In this document: one piece after another, positions 25,629 to 37,009 of the stretch
How positions within the stretch are numbered: position 1 is the stretch's first letter
How the letters are laid out: each line of letters opens with the position of its first letter
NCBI GenBank assembly: GCA_965603825.1
Contig: CBFDEM010000002.1
Span: 186,001 to 250,000, forward strand
DNA length: 64,000 nt
Direction of reading: 5' to 3'
Origin: Blepharisma stoltei ATCC 30299
Taxonomy: Eukaryota; Protista; Ciliophora
The notes under the pieces: model-generated
What the model was told of the DNA's origin: nothing
Database searches by the model: none
What the model saw: only the letters and a program-made list of their open reading frames with translations
Program-made: the position numbers and the translations under genes

Positions 25629-26984
25629 ATGAGAGAAATAATATCTATTCATGTCGGCCAAGCTGGCGTTCAACTTGGAAATGCTTGTTGGGAACTATTT
25701 TGCTTAGAACATTGGATACAGCCAGATGGGCAAATGCCAAGCGATAAAACAATTGGAGCTTATGATGATTCTTTTAACACATTTTTCACAGAAACAGGAG
25801 TAGGGAAACAAGCTCCAAGAGCTTTATATTTAGATCTAGATCCTACAGTTATAGATGAAGTAAGAACAGGCACCTATAGGCAGCTATTTCACCCTGAACA
25901 ATTAATAACTGGAAAAGAAGATGCTGCTAATAATTTTGCTAGGGGTCATTACACAGTTGGGAAAGAAATTATTGATTTAGCTCTTGACGGAATACGAAAA
26001 TTGGCTGATAATTGTACAGAATTGCAAGGATTTTTAGTATTTAATGCTGTTGGTGGTGGAACTGGATCTGGGCTTGGATCATTATTGTTAGAAAGACTTT
26101 CGGTTGATTATGGTAAAAAGTCAAAAATTAGTTTTACTGTTTATCCTTCACCTCAAATTTCGACCGGAGTAGTTGAGCCTTACAATTCAGTCCTTTCTAC
26201 ACATTCTTTAATCGAACACACTGATGTAGCTGTTGTGCTAGATAATGAAGCTATTTATGATATATGCAGAAGACAATTAGATATAGAAAGGCCGACATAC
26301 ACAAACCTAAATACACTAATTGCACAAGTTATTTCTTCAATGACAGCTTCTCTTCGATTTGGTGGAGCTTTAAATGCAGATCTCCGCGAATTCCATACCA
26401 ACCTTGTCCCATATCCCAGAATTCACTTCGTGCTTTCTTCTTACGCACCTATAATCTCAGCAGAAAAAGCTTACCACGACGATATTTCAGTTTCTGAAAT
26501 CACAAATGATGCTTTTGAGCCTGCAAATATGATGGCTAAATGTGACCCAGGACATGGAAAATATATGGCATCTAGTTTAATGTATCGTGGGGATGTTTAT
26601 CCTAAAGACATATGCCGCCCTATCGCATCTATAAAGACAAAGAAGACTATACAATTTGTGGATTGGTGCCTGACTGGCTTTAAATGTGGAATTAATTATC
26701 AGCGACCAGCATTTGTCCCTGGAGGCGATCTTGCAAAAGTAGTGAGAGCTGTGTGCATGATCAGCAACTCTTCAGCAATAGCTGAAGTTTTTTCAAGGAT
26801 TGACCATAAGTTTGACTTAATGTACGCAAAGCGTGCATTTGTTCATTGGTTTGTTGGGGAGGGAATGGAAGAAGGAGAGTTTTCAGAGGCAAGAGAAGAT
26901 TTAGCGGAACTTGAAAAAGATTATGAAGAAGTAGGGATTGAGACTGCAGATGCTGAAGGTGAAGAAGAGGATAATGAAATTTAA
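25629..26984 (+). CDS. TUBA: Alpha-tubulin copy B (intact ORF, about 40 aa differences from copy A)
   Basis: 451-aa open frame; radical changes at conserved sites such as G29W, R121G, G131E, D245G, R308G, P348L. Confidence 0.9.
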   Translation: MREIISIHVGQAGVQLGNACWELFCLEHWIQPDGQMPSDKTIGAYDDSFNTFFTETGVGKQAPRALYLDLDPTVIDEVRTGTYRQLFHPEQLITGKEDAANNFARGHYTVGKEIIDLALDGIRKLADNCTELQGFLVFNAVGGGTGSGLGSLLLERLSVDYGKKSKISFTVYPSPQISTGVVEPYNSVLSTHSLIEHTDVAVVLDNEAIYDICRRQLDIERPTYTNLNTLIAQVISSMTASLRFGGALNADLREFHTNLVPYPRIHFVLSSYAPIISAEKAYHDDISVSEITNDAFEPANMMAKCDPGHGKYMASSLMYRGDVYPKDICRPIASIKTKKTIQFVDWCLTGFKCGINYQRPAFVPGGDLAKVVRAVCMISNSSAIAEVFSRIDHKFDLMYAKRAFVHWFVGEGMEEGEFSEAREDLAELEKDYEEVGIETADAEGEEEDNEI

Positions 26985-27051
26985 TGATAATTTTACTCTT
27001 TATATCATTTTTTTTGCTATGGATTTAATTTTAAATAGCTGGTAAATAAAA

Positions 27052-27506
27052 TTATTTCTATTTAATATCTGCATTAAATAGCAAGTCAGACCAACTGACA
27101 TTATTTTTACATAAAAACTTGAAAGCTTTATCACCATTAATAATTTTCGAGATTAAATTAGGGGAATATCCTAAATATTAACAAATCACCCCAGCAGCCC
27201 AATTACCAATATAATGATTATTCACAAATAAATTAAAATCATCAACCTATGCGTGAAATCTGCATGCAATTTGAATTCCTGTAATATTGAACTTTTTATT
27301 AATGTAATTGTCCCAACATCAGCTATATTTGTTTATAGCAAGTCACATATCCTTCAGCGAATCAATCAAATTCCAAGATACATTACAGAGATAGCGTTTA
27401 TATATGTGTTGCCTTCCTACTAATAATAGTTAAATGAGGGGATGGCTTAAATCATAAGATATATTTCATATGAGCATGAAAATAAAAAGTCGCCAATTGC
27501 TTTCAT
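27052..27506 (-). pseudogene. Remnant 3 of secreted lectin-like gene (near full length, frameshifted)
   Basis: Collinear with 28072-28576 from ATG region (tttcat 27501-27506) to the ADIK terminus. Confidence 0.6.
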
Positions 27507-27677
27507 TTTATAATTGATAGCGGTTTCATTAATTTAAAACATTATCAGAAGAGTATAAAGCTATTTCTTACTTCTTACAATAAACTTTTTTGTTGCTACT
27601 CTCGCCTTGCTCTTAATGTTGATAAATGCGATATTTAATTTTTTATAACTTAAATTCCTAGTTAATTAATATTTTCA

Positions 27678-27756
27678 TTATTCAATACAAATTAAAGCTC
27701 AAAAGTTGGGAGCTTAAGTGGTTCTGCTTATTTCTTCTAAGTCACCTTTTAGCTTC
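27678..27756 (-). pseudogene. Duplicated 3' tip of the VIT-VWA gene
   Basis: ttctgcttatttcttctaagtcaccttttagctt matches about 28727-28760. Confidence 0.8.
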
Positions 27757-28006
27757 TGGATTGGCGCCCAACTGGCTTTAAATGTGGAATTACAACAGTT
27801 GTCCTGATGACGGTCTTGCGAAAGTAATGAGAGCTGCATGCATGATAAGCAATCTACAGTAGCAAGTGTGCATTTGTCTATTGTTTTTGTGAAGAATTAT
27901 GGAGAAGAAGAGTTTTCAGAATCAAGAGAAAATTTAGCGGCACTTAAAATGATTATTTAGGCTTTGATGTTGTTGAAAAGGAAGGTGAAGAAGATTATGA
28001 ATTTAG
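27757..28006 (+). pseudogene. Degenerate 3' alpha-tubulin fragment
   Basis: Matches tubulin from DWCPTGFK codons to the acidic tail, with several deletions and frameshifts. Confidence 0.9.
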
Positions 28007-28071
28007 TGCCAAATTTTTTTTGCATAACTTTTTTTAATTAGATCTTAATTTTTATTTTGTTGATAATAAGA

Positions 28072-28576
28072 TTATTTATATTTAATATCTGCAATAAATA
28101 GCAAAGCCAGCCCAACTGACATTATTTGTAACTACAAACTTGAAAGCATTTATACCATTAATAATCTTCGAGGATAGATCAGGTGAATATCCTAAATGTT
28201 GATAAATGGCTAGAGGAGCCCAAATACCAATATATTCGCCATTCACGTAAAAATTAAGAATTTCGTCAACCTATGGTCAAACCATACTTGAAATGTGCAT
28301 GAAATTAGATTTCCTGGAATATTGAATCTTTTTATAAATGTAATTGTCCCAGGATCAGAATACTTGTTTATTCCAAATCACATATCCTCCAAGGACTCAA
28401 TCGGCATATACAAGATATTCTATAGCGACCGCATTTTTTATATATGCTTCTTTTTGCTAAAAACTGGTATTGTCGCTAACCATAAATAAATGATGTGTCG
28501 TATGGAATCTTGAAGAAACTCTTGTAGACACATTTCATATGAGCATGAAAATAAAAATGACTCTAAACACTTTCAT
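28072..28576 (-). pseudogene. Best-preserved copy of a secreted galactose-binding-like (jelly-roll, lectin-like) gene
   Basis: MKVFRVIFIFMLIWNVST signal peptide; VIWNK; GTITFIKRFNIPGNLISCTFQV; DEILNFYVNGEYIG; DLSSKIINGINAFKFVVTN; AG.LFIADIK; one TAG and about three frameshifts. Confidence 0.65.
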
Positions 28577-28677
28577 TTTATATTCATTTTTACTGATAGT
28601 TCTAAGATTATTACTTGCACTTTTAATAAATTCTATAACTAATTATTTTATAACTTAATTCTAGTCAAGTTATAAAT

Positions 28678-30900
28678 TTATTCTTTTAAGGTTAAAACAA
28701 GCTCAAAAATTGAAAGTTTGATCAGCTTCTGCTTATTTCTTCTAAGCCACCTTTTAGCTTTCTCTACTACAAGATCCCATAAATATTTATAGTCTTCGCA
28801 TTTTTCCTTAAAAAGGGCAACAATTAAAGCAGTTATTGATTTCTTGCTCAATGTTGAAATATCCAAATCATGGCCAAGCATGCTATTTACCATCTCTGAT
28901 AAATTGGTGGATAAATCCCAAAATCCATCAGTATTTTGCAAATGTATTATTTTTTCTACTTCAGAACCAATATCTGCGGATTTCATTTTGCTTAATTTCA
29001 ATGCTTTTTTTGTTTCGGTTTTAGCAGGTTTATTCTTAGTATTTTCTATTTTAGGCTTTTTTTGAGGTGGGACTACTTTTGCTTCTTTTCTTCTTCTTTT
29101 CGTTTGCAATTCTACATCTGCTACTTTTGATGCACTCCGAGTTCTGAAAGCAATAGATGATGCTGCATTATCAGTCAATGCCGATTTAAGAGATACTCAC
29201 TTCTTTACAGCAAGGTTCTTTCTTTTAACTTGTGGCTTTACATGGTTTATATCTTCTTTTTTATTAGGAATGAGGTTGTTTTCTTCTGTTGGTAATTTTC
29301 TTTGATATCTTTCAATACCGAAAGATGTGTAATCCTCTTCAACTTGATATTCTTTAAATTTTTGGATTGATAAATCTCTATCATAATGATTTAGGTACTT
29401 TTTGGCTTCTAGCACAAGCATTGAGCTGCAATTTGAAATATTTTCTTCATTTATGTCTATTCTTATCTCTTTAAAAGATTCAAGTTTTTGGCATTGAAAT
29501 TGCAGTTATATGCTTTTAGGGATTATTCCTTCTTTAAATATGCCTGAAATTTCAATTTTTTGGCCTGGAAAAATACTAAATGGTTCTCTTGGCCAGAAAA
29601 AATCAAAAAGAGAAGGATCTGATAATCGAATATCTGTAATGGCTGGATATAAGGCTTGCTTAAGAGAGCTTAAAACAGCAGGATTTATTTGATATAGAGT
29701 ATTAATTTCCTGAGAAGTTCCTCCACCCATTCTAGCTAGTCAATGAATATAAGGCTCATTTGTGCAAATCCCAATAGTGTTAATCCTCGCATTATTTTTA
29801 TGTTTTTCTATCAAATTCACTATTTTTACTTTATCATCCCACACATTTGCATCAGTTACTATAAAAACATTTAAAGGGCACCCTCGAATTCTCTCTTGCT
29901 CCAGTATACTTTCTAAAGGCTTTAAAAGATCAGTCCCTCCCATATTGTTTTTATACTGAATAACTATTCTATATGCTTCATCAGCTGAGGATTGATTATA
30001 TTTTTGGCTGCATTCGAACATTTTTTCCCATCTACTCCCAAAGCTTATTACATTAAAATAGCAATTTTCAGGAAGAGAACGAATAAATAGCGCAACTGCC
30101 TGAATAGCTATATTAATTTTTTCATACATTGACCCACTTCTATCAAGTAATATAATAAATTCTCCAGCTTGGTCTGCTCCTCTTAAGTCATAAAGGGTAT
30201 TATCTGGTTTATATGATAAATGAAAACTATATCTATCAACTCTTGGATCTTTTTGGACAATAATAAATGGCTCTTGAGGAGCTGGTTTATAATAAATAAG
30301 TTCAATGTCCTTTTTTGGGTCAATATTTTTATAGGTTGCAAAACTATAGACTCAGCCAAGAGTTATTGAATTCCCATAATGTTGAAAATAATGATCAGAA
30401 TTGTTGATATCACTGAATTTTAGGTTTATAGCAGTTTCGAGATGCAATTTTTCAGCCATGAATGGAAAACAAGAAGCTGGAATTATGAGCTTTCAATAGT
30501 TTTCTAGGTGCGCCTGCTCTGCTTTGCATACATAAGTTGTTTCAATTTGAATGCAGCCCTTTGGGCTTATTTTTCCGACGTCATATACCCTCATATCTGT
30601 TTCTTGTAATTTTTCAAGCGTGTAGTCGTTTTCAGCTGAATTCTTTGCCTCTTCGTATGATTTTATAGGCTTATCAGAATCTTGAATTTTAAGGACTGAT
30701 GGCTTTTTATCTTTAGAAATTCTTAGTCTAGCTAAATGTATGTCAGAAATGATCGGGAAAATATATTTTGCTTGGATTGATTTGTTGGAGTTGTTAGAGT
30801 ATAATTCTTCGATGGTAAATTCAGCGTAATTGTAATGAATTATATCTTATGAAATTAAGTATGAATTAGCTTCTAAAGAATTGATTTCTTCAAATAACAT
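28678..30900 (-). pseudogene. VIT + VWA domain gene (VWA5A-like) with two in-frame TAA codons
   Basis: Single frame ATG 30900 to TAA 28678; VIT (EELYSN...AKYIFP), MIDAS EFIILLDRSGSM, FNVISFGS, MGGTD, VTDA, LQNTDGFW; TAA at 30847-30849 and 29506-29508 with no GT-AG intron to remove them. Confidence 0.75.
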
Positions 30901-31061
30901 TTTTATCTAGAGCAGAATGGATCTACAATCCCAATTATTTTAAAAAAATAACAATAATGAGAAGTAGCATCGATAGATAAAATTTACAGCTTTAATTAAG
31001 CAGAAAATTCTTAAAATCATGTACAACTTATTAATCTCTACCTATTTTAACATATTATTTA

Positions 31062-32465
31062 ATGGAAAGTCGACGATATCTTCAACACAAAAACGACGGA
31101 GAATGAGCAGCTGTAATTAACGCTCAAGCTGCAACAACCAAGTTTTTACAAGAAGAAGAAAAACAGCTCCAAGCCTTATCAAAAAAATTCTACAAGGAAG
31201 AGCTTGATCGTCAGATTCGTGAAAAAGTTTCTTACAAGCAACAAACCCTTGAAGAGCTCAATAAAGAGCGGCAGTTTTTATCTGCCCAGCAATTAGCTAT
31301 GCAAAATTTCGAAGCTAAAAAGAGAAATGAAGATAAGTCATTCCAAGACGTGTTCTCTAAAGAATATTCAAATATAATCAATGAAAAACAAAGAAAAATA
31401 AACCAAGAAAGAGAAGCCTCCATACTTGAAGAACAAGAAAGAATAAGAAAAGCTCAATTTGAGATGGACCATGAGTACCAAAAAACCTATGAAGGCAAAT
31501 TAAGATTCGTTAGTTTACAAAGAGAAGAATTAAGAAAGCAAGAAGAAGAAAAAAGAAGGCAGCAACAATTAAAAGCAGTCGAAAAGTATAGAGACAAAGC
31601 TGAAATAGAAAAAAACATAAAAGAAATGGAAGCTAAAGAGCGAGCTTACAAAGAGTTCTATGAAAAGCGGCTAGAAGACCAGGAAAGAAAACTGAAGAAT
31701 TATAAAGCTATTGCAAACGAAAAAGAAATATATGAAACTGAAATGAGAAATAAAGAGTGAGAAAGAATTGCCCAAGAAAGAGCTGCCATGAAGGAGCAGC
31801 TGGAAAAAAATATAAAAGAAAAAGCCTTAGCTGACATGAAAACAGAGCTCGACCGACAAATAGAAGCAAGAAAAAAAGAAAAAGAGCTGGCAAGCTTAGA
31901 AGGCATAAGAGACCAAGAAAGGGCTAGAAATAATGCTAAATATGTAGAGCTTCAGCGGTCGTTAGAAAATGAAAGGAATTTAAGAGGAAAAAAAGAGCTC
32001 CAGGAAGCGTTAGAGAAGCAGCTGATAGAAAAACAAAGTAGCTTTAAAACACAGCAAGAAATGAATGAGCTTGAAAAAAGATATAATATGAATATTTTGA
32101 AAAAAATCGAAAATCAGAATAAAATTGCGTTTCCTGGGGTACCTGGGATACATACTACAGAATCGCCATTAAGGCAGCAGTTTGCAAAAATTTATCTGAG
32201 GCCAGGGTTTGAAACTTCACAGTCATCTGAAAGGGCTGCATTAAATCAGTCTTATGATGATGCCCGCCAAGCATCAAAATCAGTTTTAGGGAATCCTATA
32301 ACCCGCAAAAATATGTATTATTGGCCTGATCCAAATCAGCATAACCCTATTACAAATCCAATTGGATCTAATGCACCACGCATTTTGCCAGGACAAAGAG
32401 TTCCAAAAGGAAATGAGTCTCGCTCAAAGCTGGCTATAGCCACTGCTAATTCTATATTTGGATAA
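31062..32465 (+). CDS. Charged coiled-coil protein, possibly ciliary/cytoskeletal
   Basis: ATG 31062; two TGA join ORFs 31299 and 31788; E/K/R/Q-rich; C-terminal HNPITNPI motif. Confidence 0.8.
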
Positions 32466-33707
32466 TTTATTAATTAAGAAATGCAAATTTTATAAAATAT
32501 TATTGTTACTTTTGTCGGCAAATCTGAAGAGTTTAATAAAATTCTGAAATTTATAATATCTCTTTTTAAAAAATACAATTAAAGACTAAATTCAAACGTA
32601 AATTGGTGACTTATGTTCTATCTCATGAACTTGGTATTAATACTAATAGATTAAAAAACTTATTTTGAGGAGAAAGAAGCAATATATTTCGGTTATACAA
32701 ATGCTTTATTGCTGAGCTATAATCATTTCAAAATCACTTGAATTTTCTGAAGGAGATGAGATGGATGATATAATTTTAAGCAAGTGATTTGCAGGTTAAC
32801 TAGTTGATGGAAGAAAGCTAAACTGCTAACACATTTAAGCATTGGATTAAATCTAAATAATTAATGTTAGGAGGTCGAACGATCTGTCAGCGTTATTTTT
32901 ATGTATATAACGCCGGTCACTTAAATTATACAGGCTAAAATGCATTTGAGTGACAATATGAAGATAGATTATGAAAAGAGCATCTAATTATTTTTCAAAT
33001 AATATCTCTATCCAAAGGGTTAATATAATAAAAATATTAGATGGCGTTTAAATGACCTTATCCTTTAATGGTTTCTTAAGGAATAATATTAGCAGTTTCA
33101 CCTCAAGAATCCTAAAAGGGTGATGTTCTATCAAATCCTAGGAATGTTGGTTTTATTCTTTAAAAGTTAAAACTGAAGACCAATAATTAAAGAAAGCAAA
33201 TAAATAAATTATTATAAGAACCTCAGATCAATTAAGCCAAGAAGCTTAACAGTTGATAAATCTTACAAGGATACACTAATGCTCGACAATAAGAACTAAA
33301 AAATTAAACTACCATATTAATGCATTACAGCACTAAAACATCTAAAGGAAATTGTTGATAGCTCTATTGCAGATCTTGAAAAAATGCCTATTACTGTCTT
33401 TTATGGTAATGCTAATCATACTTTCAAGGAATACAGATTATTTATGGAATTGAAAATTATACTTGATTTAAGGATCATCTAGAGAATGCAAGAAATAAAA
33501 TAATTGAATTTTAAGCTGATAATTAAACTAAATATAAATTAATGTAAAAATTTATACTATAAATATTGATTGTAAAGATTCAAAATCAACTAAACTCTAT
33601 AATCGAGGCAAATAATTAGTTTTCCCTCTAGTGTTTATAACTATCTTCTTTCATATTCAAATGAACAGTAAATCTTATATCACCTAACTAAACCATTAAT
33701 TATTTAA

Positions 33708-35189
33708 ATGAGCTTTGCGCCTCCTATCAACCACAAAGCTCCAAAATCCAAAGTCATCAAAGAAAAGCTAGTCAGCGACTCCAAGAGCCCAGCAGCAAAA
33801 TTACAAATGCTGGAGCGCTCTGTTTCTGAGTATAAATTATAAAGGTCATCAACTGACAAGAATGAGTTTCTATCTCTTTTGCCACTCATCCCCCAAATTT
33901 CAAAGCTTCGTGAAGCAGAAGGATGACTATTAAAATCAATCGAAGACTACCAAAACCTCGAAAAAGAAGTAGAAGAACAAGCAAATTTTCTGAATAAATT
34001 AGTAAAAAGTACCGAAACCATTGAAAGTGAAGCAGTTAGCATATCTGCTGAAGACCATACAAAATTTGAAACAGAAATTGAAGGATTCAAAGACAAAATG
34101 ATACTTTTACCTTTAGAAAGAAATATAGGCGTAAAGGTTATAAATATTTAGAAACAACAAATTGCATTAAAAGAAGGAGTTATTGAAACTCTAGCTCTGC
34201 TAACGACTGAGCTTGCAGCCTACAAAACTGAAATAGCAGAACAATATAAAGCATTTGAAGAACAAATAGAGATAATTATCCCTGAATTATTATATGAAGA
34301 AGCACTAATACAGCTAGAAAAAGACGCTGACTGGATAAAAGAAGAACTTTTTAAAGTAATCGAGCACTCTGTAGAAGAGCTAAATGCAGAGCTTGAAGTA
34401 AGTTTTATTCAGATTAAGCAATTCCGGCTTCGCCAAAAAATGCAGCAAGAAATTTTATCCCTGAAGTCCTTAATGCAATCTATCAGGCTAGAAATCAGAT
34501 TCCCTGACTATTTGCTGCTAAATGTATAAATAACATAGGACGATATGCCAATTGAAGATAAATATGCTAAGCTTTCTGAAAGGACTAATCAAGATATCAT
34601 GAACGTTTTAGGCTATGTGATCAGCGGATTAGAAATTCTAGAAGACAGCATAAACTCAGCCGTTGAATTCAATGAGACTTTTCAAGAAAAATTAAAAGAA
34701 GCCATCACACAAAACGTCACTTTTGATGAGGAAACTAAGAGCACGCTGAGAGAGGAAATCGGAGAAGTACAAAATAATGTGGAAGAAGCAAAAAATAGTC
34801 ATGAAACTCTAAAAAGCAATAGTGCTAAAAATTTTGGAAAAATAAAAGAATCTGTTGGAATGATTGAGACGTTGCAAAGACAGCTGATGAGGTCAGGAAA
34901 TAGCAAAAGTGAAGACTTCAGAGGAAAAGCGAGCATTGCGGAGAATAAAGTTAATGAAAAAATGAATGAGATGGGAAATGCTTTAAAGGTTATAGAAGGC
35001 CAGCTATTCGTATCAAGACAAATGCTAGAGACAAACTCAATTCAGAATTTCCAAGCTAACTTGTTAAGCGATTCTAATTCTTTTGTGGTGAGCTTTAAAG
35101 AGCCACCGCCTTTTAGGAATGTGCAGCCTGGCACAACTCCATTAGATAGCCCGGAAGAGCCAGAGGAGCCAGATGATAGCTTTTTTTAA
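33708..35189 (+). CDS. Coiled-coil hypothetical protein with four 15-nt introns
   Basis: Exons 33708-33829, 33845-34136, 34152-34397, 34413-34523, 34539-35189 give one open frame with one TGA. Confidence 0.8.
33830..33844 (+). other. 15-nt intron
   Basis: gtataaattataaag; removes in-frame TAA. Confidence 0.82.
34137..34151 (+). other. 15-nt intron
   Basis: gttataaatatttag; removes in-frame TAG. Confidence 0.82.
34398..34412 (+). other. 15-nt intron (stop-free)
   Basis: gtaagttttattcag; strong consensus match. Confidence 0.72.
34524..34538 (+). other. 15-nt intron
   Basis: gtataaataacatag; removes in-frame TAA and TAG. Confidence 0.85.
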
Positions 35190-35582
35190 ATCTAAATTAA
35201 ATTAGACAATAAATAGAAAGTATACCGAGATGATTATTAAATATTCTGGGAACTACTGTGATAATTAAGTGATTTATTAAAAATTTAAATAATAAGGCAA
35301 AATTAATTAGTATTACATTTACCAATTGAAAAACACTTGATTGATATTTAAATAAATGCACTTTATTATGAAGAGGTAATCAAGCCAATATGAAATTAAT
35401 AGGTCTATTTCATATTAGTTTTTTTTTTATAATTCTATTTATTGCAAATAACCTTTTTGCAACAAGTTCACTTGGCAAATAATAGTTTTAAAAGTTTTCA
35501 GTTATGAAAAATCTTCACAAGAATTAATTGCCAAGTCCGATGCGTAAGCTAAGCTTATAACTGTTGCTGTATTATTATATAA

Positions 35583-35933
35583 ATGGTTGATTACTGCAGA
35601 GCTCTAAGCAACATATCAGAAGTTTCTGAAAGAAATGAGCACAGCGAAAGATCTTCACCCACAAACTACTCTTCCCAATTTAAATCTGGGAATCCATTTA
35701 AACAACTAAGTTCCATCTCCGAAGATGAATCAGACACAGATATATCTCCAGAGCTGGGAGTTGATAAAAATTCAAAATCAGGCAAAGGAAATAAAAGTAC
35801 AGCAGAAGACAGCTTAAAAACTCAAGCTTCTAAACAAAAAAGAAGCGTGTTTAACTCAAACCAAAATTTAGATCAATTGGTATCAATGCGAATCAATGGC
35901 GATAAATGCTCTTGCACCTGCATTATGTTTTAA
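35583..35933 (+). CDS. Small disordered protein with C-terminal CaaX-like motif (CSCTCIMF)
   Basis: Ser/Glu/Lys-rich 116-aa ORF ending in a Cys cluster plus CIMF. Confidence 0.75.
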   Translation: MVDYCRALSNISEVSERNEHSERSSPTNYSSQFKSGNPFKQLSSISEDESDTDISPELGVDKNSKSGKGNKSTAEDSLKTQASKQKRSVFNSNQNLDQLVSMRINGDKCSCTCIMF

Positions 35934-37009
35934 TTATAATTTGAATCAATTTATTCCTTCTAATATCGAGCGATGAATTTTGTGAATAGGTTTTAGCGCA
36001 TTAAAGTTAATATTAAAATTCAGATAAGAATTATTAATTTATAAGATTAGTTTATTTAAATATTAAATGGGAAAACCCTTCATCTAGTAAGCAATTTTTT
36101 TATCGGACTCAAAGACAAAAAAATATGTAACTGATTTAAAAAGGATTTCAGTTTTCATCAGCAATAGCCATCCTTGAATGAATTTTGATTTTGATATAAG
36201 AGATAGGCTATAAATTTTCATGGCGAATAAAATCAGTAAAACATTCAGTAATTAGATAGAAATTCGATTTCATTTTGGCCAAATTTAAAGAAAATTGTCT
36301 TTAATAGTTTAGAAGGCAGAAAAAGTATTTAAATTTGAATTATCTAAGGACGATAGGAAAATGACGCAAATAAATATAAATAAGTTTAATAGCAAGCAAT
36401 CAATGCTAAATTAGCTAAAAACTATTTATTATCTAAAATTCTGCTTTAAATTTCCAATATACTATAGATAGAGTTATTTAATAGCCCAGCAGAGCCTATC
36501 ACTCCACTATGTCAATCGGTTGATTTCTCAACTCGATGCTAGGCGTTATATCCTGTATCTCGATTTTCATTTTGCTGAAAGAATGCCAGAAAATTTTGTT
36601 TTCAATTTCAGTCTTCATTCAAATCAGGCCAGGCGCGTGATGTTTTGATCTTGAGCCAATGAAATGATTAAGGAAGACACAAGTCGAAAGAAGTCACCAA
36701 TCACTCTGCAATGCCGGAATCTACCTAATAATTTTTATCTAATCAAATCTACTAATTTTTAGCACTTACTAGATAATTTAATTATAAAACACATATAATT
36801 TTTTAAAATCTCAAAAAAAATTCAATAAAAGGCTCATAAGACTTTCTCTCATGCAATCAATAATTTTAAACAATAAACTACTTAATTTAAAGTATTAATT
36901 TAATGCGAATTTCATTGTAAAATAAATAATATTTTGCTGGATTAAATATTTCTAATAAATATGCCCTTATTCTTCATGAAATAGATAAAACATCTCCAGT
37001 ATTTTATTA

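Larger units (their letters stand above)
22055..27330 (+). repeat. Direct tandem segmental duplication (about 22055-24872 vs 24873 onward; tubulin offset 2814 bp)
   Basis: START 3' end, intergenic spacer, alpha-tubulin and 3' flank all recur in the same order. Confidence 0.92.

Noticed and set aside
32560-33520. Coding-like patches in a long spacer
   Set aside because: Short broken frames; could be an old pseudogene but no family can be supported by eye
36470-36765. GC-elevated stretch with open frames of about 80-95 codons on both strands
   Set aside because: No convincing start context or motif; cannot be called without homology or expression data
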